Source: an uncultured Planctomycetota bacterium (GTDB taxonomy: Bacteria; Planctomycetota; Planctomycetia; Isosphaerales; Isosphaeraceae). From it: a DNA stretch of 64,000 nucleotides. Of the stretch, positions 25,380 to 35,052 are shown one piece after another. The stretch is from the NCBI GenBank assembly GCA_963845755.1, contig CAWJTV010000021.1, positions 19,239-83,238 on the forward strand, given 5' to 3'. The translations under genes and the position numbers were made by a program. Below the pieces are notes generated by a model. The model ran no database searches. It was not told the origin of the DNA and saw only the letters and a program-made list of their open reading frames with translations. The number at the start of each line of letters is the position of its first letter. Within the stretch, counting starts at the first letter, position 1.

Positions 25380-25905
25380 ATGAGTCGGATCAGTCGCGAC
25401 CGGATCCGGAGGCTGCTCGACGAGGCCGAGGGCTACTTGATGCTCGACCTTCCCGCACGCGCCGTGGAGATCCTCGACAGCCGGTCGGATTGGGCGACCA
25501 TGCAGTTCGAGGCCAGCTTGCTCAAAGGGGAAGCCCTTCGCTGCCTGGACCGTTATCGCGAGGCCCTCAAGCCGCTGGAAATCGCCGCGGCCTTGAAACC
25601 CAGCGACACGCGCGGTCGCACTAGCACTGGGCTGGTGCTACAAGCGCACTAATCGGCTCGCGCAGGCCATCGACTCGCTCCAGCGCGCGCTCCGGGCCCA
25701 TGCCGACGAGCCCCTTCTGCACTACAACCTGGCTTGCTACTGGAGTCTGGCAGGCAACAGCGCCAAGGCACTCAACGCGCTCGCCACCGCGCTCGACCTG
25801 GATCCGGACCTGCGTTCCCTCATCGCCGAGGAGTCCGACTTCGATCAACTCCGCGGCAATCCGGAATTCGACCGTCTCGTCCTCGGCTCCGCGCCTTTGA
25901 CGTGA
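25380..25905 (+). CDS. TPR-repeat protein (frameshift ~25615)
   Basis: EAEGYL, KGEALR, LGWCYKR, HYNLACYWSL, ESDFDQLR. Confidence 0.8.
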
Positions 25906-25966
25906 CGGATTCGCTCTCGGTCCTCAACCGCTTCTCTAGCCAGGCTTTCCCGCCGGACGCGATGTC

Positions 25967-26310
25967 CTAGACCTCGTCCAGGATTCGCTGTGTGATCTCG
26001 CGTTCGCAGATCTTGCACCACTTCCAGTGGCGCCTGCCGACCATGTCCTCCAGGTACTTGACTGCCACGCGAATGGAGCGGAACCAGATTTTGGTCTCCG
26101 TCTCGCCGACCTTCTCCAATTTCGAGCAGCGGGCGAAGTGGAGCAAGTTTGGCCGGGGAGCGGGAGGCGTTGCGTTTGCCGTTGGACTCTGCGAGAGTTC
26201 CGTGGAAAATGAATCCGATGGCTTCCAATCGCGACTCGGAGAAATCCTCGGCTGTTCTGGATCGTACGGACGCCTGGAACCTCTTGCATCAGCATGAAGG
26301 TTTCCCCCAT
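25967..26310 (-). CDS. Small hypothetical protein, probably frameshifted
   Basis: C-terminal frame LLHFARCSKLE...WKWCKICEREITQRILDEV*; N-terminus uncertain. Confidence 0.45.
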
Positions 26311-26502
26311 CGATCGACTTTCTCCGTTTGAATCATAAATGATAGTTTAACCAAATCCCCTCACGGCCGCAAGACGAAGACCGAGAAAGTCGTCCCCGGA
26401 CCGGTCGTGGCCGATCGAGATCGGGTCGCCGACCGGGTTCCGGGATGATCGGGCGTGTTGGCCGGTGTAGAATCGTCTCAGGGAGGAATTCGTGCACAGC
26501 GC

Positions 26503-26596
26503 ATCCGGGAATCCTCGATTCGACATTCAAGATTCAACCTTCAAGATGGAAGCGCTCCCGGGTTCTGGAATCTTGAAGCTCGGAACTTGAATTCCG
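26503..26596. repeat. Opposed heptamer tracts
   Basis: GATTCGA CATTCAA GATTCAA CCTTCAA ... TTCTGGA ATCTTGA AGCTCGG AACTTGA. Confidence 0.6.
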
Positions 26597-26652
26597 CTTG
26601 GGTTGCGGCAAGGTCGCATGAGGGCTTCCGTCGCAGGAGAAGGGCGTGCCGC

Positions 26653-28297
26653 GTGATTCGAGAAACGGTCGGTCATCTCCGCGACCTGCCGCGCTACCGG
26701 CAGATATTGACCACCTTGATGCGGTACGGCTATCAGGACGTGGTCGCTGCGCTGCACCTGGAGGGTCTGGTGCGGCCGATCGAGCGGGTGGCGCTGGGGG
26801 AAGGCGTCCCGCCCCAGGACCGTGCGCGGCGACTGCGACTGGTCTGCGAGGATCTGGGGCCGACGTTCGTGAAGCTTGGCCAACTGCTGAGCACACGGCC
26901 GGACTTGCTTCCGGAGTCGTATGTCAACGAGCTGGCAGGGTCTGCGCGACGACGTCCGCCCGTTCCCGTTCGACCAGGTCGAGAAGATCCTGAGAGAGGA
27001 GTATGGTCGTCCGACCTCGGAGCTCTTCGCGTCGATCGACCCGATCCCGGTCGCCTCCGCGTCGATCTCCCAGGTCCATCGGGCGGTCCTCCGGGACGGC
27101 CGGACCATTGCTCTGAAGGTCCGGCGGCCGGAGATCGTCAAGGTCGTGCAGGCCGACCTGGATATCATCAAGAACCTGGCGCACCTGCTGGAACGCCGGT
27201 TGCCGATGCTGGCAGCCTATCGTCCCGCCGGCCTGGCGCGCGAGTTCGAACGCACCTTGAAGCGCGAGCTTGATTTCTCGGCCGAACGCCGGACCATGCA
27301 GCGCTGTCGCATCCAGTTCGCCAGCGATCCGACGGCCCACATCCCGTTGGTCTTCGAGGAATTCTCGACGTCGCGCGTGATCGCCATGGAATTCATCGCC
27401 GGCGTTGCGATCAACGATCTGGAGGGGATCCGCTCCCTCGGAGCAAACCCCGCCGACATCGCCGTGACCGGCGCGCGGATCCTGCTCAAGCAGATCTTCG
27501 AGCTGGGTTTCTTCCACGCCGATCCCCACCCGGGGAATCTCCGCGTGCTGTCGGGCGGGGTCATCGCCCCGCTCGACTACGGCATGTTCGGGCGGCTCGA
27601 CGGAGTGACCCGGGAACGGATCGCCGATCTCCTGATCGGCTTGCTCGCCCAGGACACCGATCGCGTCCTTCGGGCGCTCGATGGGCTCGATGTCCGCGGC
27701 GAGCCGCTGGACCCCCGAGGATTTCACCGCGACCTCGGCGAGCTGGTCGCCTCCTATTCCGAGCTGAACCTCAAGACGATCGCGCTGGGCCCGCTGCTCC
27801 GCGAACTAATCGGGTTCGTCCGCGCCCACCACCTGCACATCCCGCCGGAGTTGGTCCTGCTGGTCCGATCGCTGGTCACCATCGAGGGCGTCGGACGCCA
27901 TCTCGATCCTCAGTTCGACATCGCGCGCGAGCTCGAGCCGTTCCTGCGCACACTGGCCGCGCGACGATTCCATCCCTATCGGATCCTCAGCCAGACGATT
28001 CGCACCACTGAAGATCTGCGCCGCATCGCCACCCTCTTGCCCGACTTGCTCAGCCAGTCCCTGGATTCGATCAAGCGCGGCGAGATGAGGGTCCATTTCG
28101 ACCTTCATGGCTTCGGACGGCTGGTGCGTCAGCTCACGCGGGCCAGCAATACCCTGGCGGTCGGCATCATCATCGCCGGCCTGTCCGTCGCCTCGGCTCT
28201 GGTCCTCCGCGACGGGCCGGCCCCGCTGGCATACACGGGCTTCATCCTCGCCGCCGTCCTCGGCCTCTGGCTGGTCTGGAACATGTCTCGCGGTTGA
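26653..28297 (+). CDS. ABC1/UbiB/AarF atypical kinase (frameshift ~26938)
   Basis: LGPTFVKLGQLLSTRPD, ASASISQVH, ALKVRRP, FFHADPHPGN, LDYGM; C-terminal TMs. Confidence 0.92.
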
Positions 28298-28346
28298 ATG
28301 TAGTGCGAGTTGCGAGTACGTAAACCGGTCTTCCTCGCGCTCGCAA

Positions 28347-29759
28347 CTACGTTCGAATCTGTCCCCAGCGCAAGGTTGCGATGACTCCGAAGCCCATCAG
28401 TGGCCCCCAGGCCGTCATCGCCGGAGGAACCATGGCGAACGTACCGAGATACTGGGTGAAGATCAAGGATCCGTAAAAGATGGCCGAGTTCCCCAGGGCG
28501 AAGCCCAGGTTGATGAACATGTTGCGACCGTAGCCTCCGAGGACCAGCGGCAGGCTCATGAACAACAAGACCAGACCCAGGAATGGCCGGAGGAGCCGGA
28601 GATGAACGAAGATCGCCACGTCGGTCCCCTCGGAGCCCTCGGTCGAGGGATCGGTCAAGCTCTCCAGGAGGTCTCGGGTCGTAGCAAACTGGTACCAGTC
28701 CTTCGGCTTGCGCGTCATGGCCTGAAAGGTCAGGCTCGACCGCAGGAAATAGGTACCCCGGTCGACGTCCATCCGTCGATCCAGCAGGATCTGGGTGCGC
28801 CAGATGTCGAACTTCAGGGATAAGGGCAGGGGGGGGAGCGAGGCCAGGTAGGCGATCTCGGAATGCGGCGTGAGGCTCCCAGGTGCGGCAACCTCCGAAG
28901 TGCGTGGTTGCGTGGGGTCCATCTTGTCCGCCTTGATGGTCACGGGCAACGGCGGAGGGAAACCGGTGGTGTCCGTGACGCACGAGAGGATCCCGCGGTT
29001 GTCGAGGAGCGTCTTGTCTTCGATGGGAGGGTTGATCGTCGCGTCGCGCACCAGCCAGCCCCCGTTGAGGGGGGCGGTGGGATGGTCGGGTGGGATGTAG
29101 GTGGCCTGTTGCCCATCGAGCGACAGGATCTGGCCGAAGATCTTGACGTCGGTCGTCGCATAGAACGACGTGATTGTCTTGGTGGCCCGATCCGCCTGCT
29201 TGCCCTGGATCATCGTCTTGCTCGAATCGTAGCGGCTGGAGACGTTGACTCTCTGTTCGCCGTCATCGTCGTGGCGCCGGGCCAGCTCCTCCCCGAAATG
29301 AGGGATGACCGCCTCCTGGTTGACCATCGCGAGTGCACTCACGATCACGGAGGAAACCAGGACCGGGAGGATCGCGCGATGCGTACTGACGCCGGCGGCG
29401 AGCATGGCGAGCTGCTCGTTGTTCCGCTGCATCCAGGTGACCGTGAAGATCGCCGCCATCATGCCGATCACGCCGCAGAGCTGGTCAAAGAACTGGCTCT
29501 GGTGGATCAGGTAGTAACGGCTCATGATCTGGAAGAGCTCGATGGTCGTGTCGGCGCGCTTGGTGAACTCGTCCAGATTCGAAAAGGCGTCGATGACGAC
29601 ATACAGGCCGACGAGCGAGACATAGCAGATCACGTAAGCCTTCAGGAACGCCCAGTAGCGCTGGCGGTCGAGGATGCTCAGCAGCGCGATCAGTCTCCAG
29701 GCCAGGACCGCGGTCAGGATCGCGGCCGCGAGAATCAACGGAACGCCGACGCTTGGCAC
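28347..29759 (-). CDS. LptF/LptG (YjgP/YjgQ) permease
   Basis: ILDRQRY, RNNEQLAMLAAGVS; 3 TM + periplasmic + 3 TM layout; paired with the adjacent paralog. Confidence 0.8.
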   Translation of the reverse strand: MPSVGVPLILAAAILTAVLAWRLIALLSILDRQRYWAFLKAYVICYVSLVGLYVVIDAFSNLDEFTKRADTTIELFQIMSRYYLIHQSQFFDQLCGVIGMMAAIFTVTWMQRNNEQLAMLAAGVSTHRAILPVLVSSVIVSALAMVNQEAVIPHFGEELARRHDDDGEQRVNVSSRYDSSKTMIQGKQADRATKTITSFYATTDVKIFGQILSLDGQQATYIPPDHPTAPLNGGWLVRDATINPPIEDKTLLDNRGILSCVTDTTGFPPPLPVTIKADKMDPTQPRTSEVAAPGSLTPHSEIAYLASLPPLPLSLKFDIWRTQILLDRRMDVDRGTYFLRSSLTFQAMTRKPKDWYQFATTRDLLESLTDPSTEGSEGTDVAIFVHLRLLRPFLGLVLLFMSLPLVLGGYGRNMFINLGFALGNSAIFYGSLIFTQYLGTFAMVPPAMTAWGPLMGFGVIATLRWGQIRT

Positions 29760-29827
29760 GATCGTCCTCCCACTCTCTTCCCGCGACGTGATTCAATGCG
29801 ACCCGGCCGCGCCGCACGCCGGCGTGC

Positions 29828-31027
29828 TTAATGCCGGATGACCGACGGCAAGGTGAGACCCGCCAGGACGGCCAGGATGAAATTGCCGATCCAGAGCGAG
29901 ACGTAGGGCGGCATCAGATCTTCCTTGCTCAAGTTCACCCCGACCAGCATGAGCGGATAGTACAAGGTGATGATCGGCAAGAAGCAGGTCATAAATGCGC
30001 TCAAAAAGTCGCGGCGGGCGAAGAGGATGCCGACCGGGGCGCCGAGGATCACGAACATCAGGCTACCGCAGGCCATCGAGATACGGAGCCACCATTCGGT
30101 CTCATATTCACGGCAGAGCCGGCGGTTGTAGCCGTGATTGACGAACGCGTCCTTGACGTCCCACCAGTTGATCTGATCGGTGCGACCCGTGGCGAAGGCG
30201 AATCCGGCCTTGATGGCCTGTTGTCTCCGCTCGGTCACCAGCAGACGCCGCGTGGTACGGAGCTCGTTCATGAGGTCCTGGTTGGTGAACTCCTGGATCT
30301 TCTTCTCCACGCGGAGCTGGCTATCCGGGGGGATGGGGATCACGAGGATCCGGTTATCGATCAGGACGACATCCGCGTCATGCCGGGAAAGCTGGACCTC
30401 GGCCTCATCGAAATAGATGCGGACGACCTTCGCGTCCAGGTCGAAGTGGAGCTCGGCCTCCTTGGCCCGGATCACCAGGTCGTAGTCGTCTCCCCCCTTG
30501 ACTTTGTGCTTGAAGGTCGGGTCGATCATCTTCTGGCCCTTCACGTCGCGCACCTTGATCATGAAGGGCCAGGCCCGGCTGTTGAACTCGCGATCCCGCT
30601 TGAGCAGCTTGTAGAAGGTGTCTTCGAGGTCCCTGAACAGGACCAGCTTGGCGAGTTGCGTACAGTGAGGGATCCAGTTCCCGCTCAGATGGAGGAGGGT
30701 CAGGCTCATGGCGATGGCCAGGAAAAACGTCGGCCAGAGGACCTTCATCACGCTCAAACCGGCGGTCTTGACGGCGATGATCTCGTTATCGCCGGCCAGG
30801 CGGCCATAGACGACCGTCACGGCGAAGAGCAGCGACACGGGGATGGTGTAAGGGAGCGTGCTGGGGATGACGTACGGGACTAGCTCAACGATGTCCTGTG
30901 GCGAAAGGCCGATGTCCCGGGCCTGGGCCGCCACCATGAACAGGACGAAGATCGCGGTCATGGTCAGCAGCGCCAGTGAAAAGGCGCGGGCGACCTCGAT
31001 CATCACGTATCGCTGGAGGATTTTCAA
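29828..31027 (-). CDS. LptF/LptG permease
   Basis: ILQRYV, YGRLAGDNEIIAVKTAGLS, LGAPVG. Confidence 0.87.
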   Translation of the reverse strand: MKILQRYVMIEVARAFSLALLTMTAIFVLFMVAAQARDIGLSPQDIVELVPYVIPSTLPYTIPVSLLFAVTVVYGRLAGDNEIIAVKTAGLSVMKVLWPTFFLAIAMSLTLLHLSGNWIPHCTQLAKLVLFRDLEDTFYKLLKRDREFNSRAWPFMIKVRDVKGQKMIDPTFKHKVKGGDDYDLVIRAKEAELHFDLDAKVVRIYFDEAEVQLSRHDADVVLIDNRILVIPIPPDSQLRVEKKIQEFTNQDLMNELRTTRRLLVTERRQQAIKAGFAFATGRTDQINWWDVKDAFVNHGYNRRLCREYETEWWLRISMACGSLMFVILGAPVGILFARRDFLSAFMTCFLPIITLYYPLMLVGVNLSKEDLMPPYVSLWIGNFILAVLAGLTLPSVIRH

Positions 31028-31267
31028 AGCGACGGCCCCCGTGTCAGCGTCCTTGCCCCCGGTCCACCGTTCCGACCCAATCGACTTGGCCTGGCGTGGA
31101 TCTCGGCCCCTCGTCCATGGGGCTGACCTCAGGGGGTGTGAAAGGCCCGATTCAATATCGCAAGTTCAGGATAAAAAACGGATGTCGTAACGCTCGGCAT
31201 AAGAGTTACACCTATTGAATCTGGAATCTTGGATCCGGAATCGCCCGTCCGATTCTTTCCCATGCTC

Positions 31268-32554
31268 TCAGGCGACCGGGACCAGGCACGAACTGAGCGC
31301 CGCGGCAAGGCGGCGTGAGCCCTCGACCAGCTCGGCTTCGCTGGGGACTCCGAACGTGAGGCGGATGTGATTCCTCGGCCGTGGCGCCGGCTCGGCCGCG
31401 AAGGCGAATTCGCCGGGCACGTAAAGCACCCCCTCGCGGACGCAGCGCGGGAACAGCGGCCCCTCGAAGCCGGTATCCAGGCCCTCGGGGACCGTCATCC
31501 AGACGAACAACCCTCCCTCGGGCCGGGTCCAGGAGACCTCGGAGTCTAGCACGCCGACCTGCTCCTCCAACGCCGACAGGAACACCTCGCATTTCCGCCC
31601 ATACAGGCCATTCAGCCGGGCGAGATGACGGTCGTAGCTGCCATCGGCCAGCACCTGGTCCAGCAGGCGCTGATTGATGTTCGCCGAGCCGAAATCGTGA
31701 TTTCCTTTCAGGTATAGGATCGGATCGATCAAGCCCTCCGGTAAGACACCATAACCCACCTTCATTCCGGGACTGAAGGTCTTGCTGAACGTGCGGGCGA
31801 GGATGACGGTGTCCGCCTCGCGATCGTGGCTCCAGATGCTGGGCGGTTCGCCGGCTCCGAATGATAACCCCCGATAAGCGGCGTCTTCCAGCACGAAGAT
31901 CCGCTGCGTTTTCGACCATCGCCGCGCCAGCTCGACCAGCGGCCGCCGACGGTCGGCGGCGAGGCTGATCCCGGTCGGATTAGCATGCTCGGGGATGGTA
32001 TAGATCAGCTTGACTCGATCCAGCTCACCCTGGGCCTCCAGCCGCTCTAGCGTCGCTTCCAGCTCATCGAGGCGGAGCCCCTCCTCATCGATCGGCACTC
32101 GGATCGCCCGGGCCCCGCGGGTCTCGACCGGCCCCAGGAATACGAAGTACGTCGGCGATTCCACCAGCACGATATCGCCCGGATCCAGCAGGGCCTCGCA
32201 GACCAGGTAGATCAACTGGGCCGAGCCGGTCGTGACGACGGTCCGGGATACGACCTCCTGATAGGACCCCTTCGGCCGCCCTTCCTCTCGCTCCAGGTTC
32301 TCGACCAACCGGGCGCGCAAGGTCTGGTCGCCGATCGTCGTTCCGTACTGGAGCGCGCGTCGTCCCGCGATCGGGTCGCCGAAGAGTTCGGCAGCGGCCT
32401 GTCCCGCAATCTCGACCGGCAACGACCGCTGATCCACGAAACCGGCGGCCAGCGAAACGATCTCGGGATTCTCCAAGGCCGTCTGCATCAAGTGGCTGAT
32501 CGAAGGGGGGTTGGTTCGGATGGCGGACGAGCTGAGGGGAATCGGGGGTGTCAT
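31268..32554 (-). CDS. PLP-dependent aminotransferase class I (LysN/ARO8-like)
   Basis: SLAAG, VESPTY, NPTG, EDAAY, TFSKTFSPGMKVG. Confidence 0.92.
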   Translation of the reverse strand: MTPPIPLSSSAIRTNPPSISHLMQTALENPEIVSLAAGFVDQRSLPVEIAGQAAAELFGDPIAGRRALQYGTTIGDQTLRARLVENLEREEGRPKGSYQEVVSRTVVTTGSAQLIYLVCEALLDPGDIVLVESPTYFVFLGPVETRGARAIRVPIDEEGLRLDELEATLERLEAQGELDRVKLIYTIPEHANPTGISLAADRRRPLVELARRWSKTQRIFVLEDAAYRGLSFGAGEPPSIWSHDREADTVILARTFSKTFSPGMKVGYGVLPEGLIDPILYLKGNHDFGSANINQRLLDQVLADGSYDRHLARLNGLYGRKCEVFLSALEEQVGVLDSEVSWTRPEGGLFVWMTVPEGLDTGFEGPLFPRCVREGVLYVPGEFAFAAEPAPRPRNHIRLTFGVPSEAELVEGSRRLAAALSSCLVPVA

Positions 32555-32689
32555 CGTTGCGAGTGGCCGATTCGGGGGATCAACAAGGCACTGCATGTCC
32601 GCTAGAACTTTAGCGACGCGGACACGAGTGTCAAGCTCGGTTCGGAATGCGACACGCCACGCGAGTGTCGATGGACGGAATCCAGAGCA

Positions 32690-33050
32690 TCAACGAGCCA
32701 GCCGATTCTCCGGTCGCCTCACCGCCAGGGCACCTCGCCGGACACCCCCAAAGGCTCCCGGGTTCGCGAGGATCGGGCCGGCCGTGGTCTCATCCGGCCT
32801 GCCTATCGAATCATAAGTGACCTCGGCACATCGCCGCAAGAGCCTGGCCGTCGGGTCGGCCTGCGACCGCGACCCGGTACGCGGCGACAGCACGCTTGAC
32901 GCGGCTTTCATCCGAATACCCTCTGCGTCCCTTGATCTCCTGCATGATCTCATCCAGTGGCCGATCCTGGACGACGAACCGGTCGATCCCCAATCACGGC
33001 CAGCCGGCCAGCGAACGGTTCATCAGGTCATTGACAAACGTCGGAGGATG
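32690..33050 (-). pseudogene. Decayed duplicate of the 3' end of the phosphatase-like gene at 39066-40442
   Basis: GIDRFVVQDRPLDEIMQEIKGRRGY vs GIYRFVVEGRPLNEIMQEIERHRGY; ADPTARLLRRCA vs ADPTAMLLRRCA; indels present. Confidence 0.8.
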
Positions 33051-33058
33051 GACATAAT
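33031..33058 (+). promoter_or_regulatory. Candidate sigma70 promoter for the P450
   Basis: TTGACA-N16-CATAAT, ~65 bp upstream of ATG 33124. Confidence 0.5.
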
Positions 33059-33123
33059 CTCAGAGGTTCCGGGCCGGGTCCATCGGTTGGGGCGAGGTGG
33101 CCGCCCCGGGGCGGGAGCGATCC

Positions 33124-34503
33124 ATGTCGAGCGGAATCCTTGCCGGGCGGAAGACGGCTCCGGGGGTGCGTCAACTTTTACCGATACCCGGCTTCGGGTT
33201 GATGGCCCGGTCGCGGCGTGATCCGCTCGGGTTCTTGCTCGAGGGGCGACAACGGTATGGCGACGTGTTCCGTTACCAGTTGGGCCCACTGGTATTTCAT
33301 CTGGTCGCGCACCCCGACCATGTCAAGCATGTGCTGGTGGACCACGCGAAGAACTATCCCCGGAGCTGGTATTACCATCGCACCAAAGTGGTCGTCGGCG
33401 ACGGGTTGGTGACGACCGAGGGGACGGCTTGGCGCCGGCCTCGCCGGCTGACCCAGCCGGCTTTCCATCACCAGCGAGTCGCGGCCCTCGCGGGGTTGAT
33501 GACCGATTGCGCAGGGGCGATGCTCGGACGATGGCAGGAGCATGCCCGCAGCGGGGAGCCGCTCGAAGTCGCGGCCGAGTTCGTGGGGTTGACGCTCCGG
33601 ATCGTAGGTCGGACGCTCCTGAGTATCGACCTTGCCGGCGAGGCCGACCGGGTCGGTCGGGCCGTGACGACCGCGCTGGAGTATCTCGAGCGCCGGCTCA
33701 GTCACCTGCTGATCGTGCCGCCGGGCGTACCCACTCCGGGGAACCTTCGGGCGCGCCGGGCTCTCCGGACGCTGGATACCCTGGTCTTCGACATCATTGC
33801 CTCACGACGCCGCGAGCCGGACCGCGTCGTTGACGATCTCCTCTCGATGCTCCTGGCGGTCCGCGATGAGGAGACGGGCGAAGCGTTCAGCGACGTCGAG
33901 CTGCGCGACCAGATCCTGACGTTCATCGGGGCCGGCCACGAGACGACGGCCGTCGCGCTGGCCTGGACCGTCTACCTGCTCAGCCGATACCCCGCGGCCG
34001 AGAGCCGGCTCCGAGCCGAGGTGGCCGCGACCCTCGGAGACAGGACGCCCACGGCGGAGGACCTGCCAAGGCTGTTGTATACGCGCCGGGTGCTCGAGGA
34101 GTCGTTGCGCCTCTATCCGCCGGTGTATGCGGTAGCCCGCGACGCGGTGGCCGAGGACGAGATCGGCGGCTTTCGTATCCCGGCCCGGTCGATGATCGTC
34201 CTGAGCCCGTACGTGACCCACCGCCATCCTGCGGTCTGGACAGATCCCGAGGCGTTCGATCCCGATCGTTTCACCTCAGAACGCGCCGCGGGCCGGTCGC
34301 GCTTCGCCTGGTTCCCGTTCCTGGGCGGCCCGCACCAGTGCATTGGCCAGGAGTTCGCGATGATGGAGATGACCCTGGTCATCGCCATGGTGATCCAGTC
34401 GTTCCGCTTCCGGACCGCCCCCGGTGCCCGTGTCCAACCCAGGCCGATGCTCTCGCTTCGGCCCTGTTACGGCCTGCCCATGATTCTCGAGCCCGCGAGA
34501 TGA
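33124..34503 (+). CDS. Cytochrome P450
   Basis: AGHETT, EESLR, FDPDRF, FLGGPHQCIG heme motif. Confidence 0.96.
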   Translation: MSSGILAGRKTAPGVRQLLPIPGFGLMARSRRDPLGFLLEGRQRYGDVFRYQLGPLVFHLVAHPDHVKHVLVDHAKNYPRSWYYHRTKVVVGDGLVTTEGTAWRRPRRLTQPAFHHQRVAALAGLMTDCAGAMLGRWQEHARSGEPLEVAAEFVGLTLRIVGRTLLSIDLAGEADRVGRAVTTALEYLERRLSHLLIVPPGVPTPGNLRARRALRTLDTLVFDIIASRRREPDRVVDDLLSMLLAVRDEETGEAFSDVELRDQILTFIGAGHETTAVALAWTVYLLSRYPAAESRLRAEVAATLGDRTPTAEDLPRLLYTRRVLEESLRLYPPVYAVARDAVAEDEIGGFRIPARSMIVLSPYVTHRHPAVWTDPEAFDPDRFTSERAAGRSRFAWFPFLGGPHQCIGQEFAMMEMTLVIAMVIQSFRFRTAPGARVQPRPMLSLRPCYGLPMILEPAR

Positions 34504-35052
34504 GGGGCGTTAAACTACTCCCGCCTAACCAGTTGCACGGATCCCATCGTGATATCTTTGCCGTGACTATAAGTATCAACCGACACCTTGATCTTCAATT
34601 CTCGCAAACCTGTCGGCACCCTCTGGTAGTGATTGACCGCGAATTGTTATAAGCGTCATAATATGCGTTCACGTGATTATTCTTACAAGGTTATAGCAAG
34701 CGACGCCAAGCCACCAGACGTCAAATGGTTAAGCTATCAGGGAAGAAACCGCTGGCGTCGCGGCACCGCACGTGCCGGCGGATATTTCGGTCGATAACAT
34801 CGAAGCTGCGCTGGACGATCGGTAAAGGCCGCTGTAAGTCCCATACGGCTCACCACCCCGTGCGACTATGAAGGGCCTGTACACGGGAGGCCCGGACCTG
34901 GCCTCTTGCCGCTCAGGGGCAATGAGTCGCCTGACGGTGTACGGTAACCATGCGTGTCGGATGGCAGCCCGGCCGCCCGCCGCTCTGGCGAAGCTCATTA
35001 GCGCTTGCTATGACAACGACGTATCGTGTCCCGAGATCCCGGCAAGCGGATG

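Noticed and set aside
34504..35052. Gene or ncRNA between P450 and the ECF-MFP gene
   Set aside because: Short ORFs lack start signals and motifs; no recognisable RNA structure
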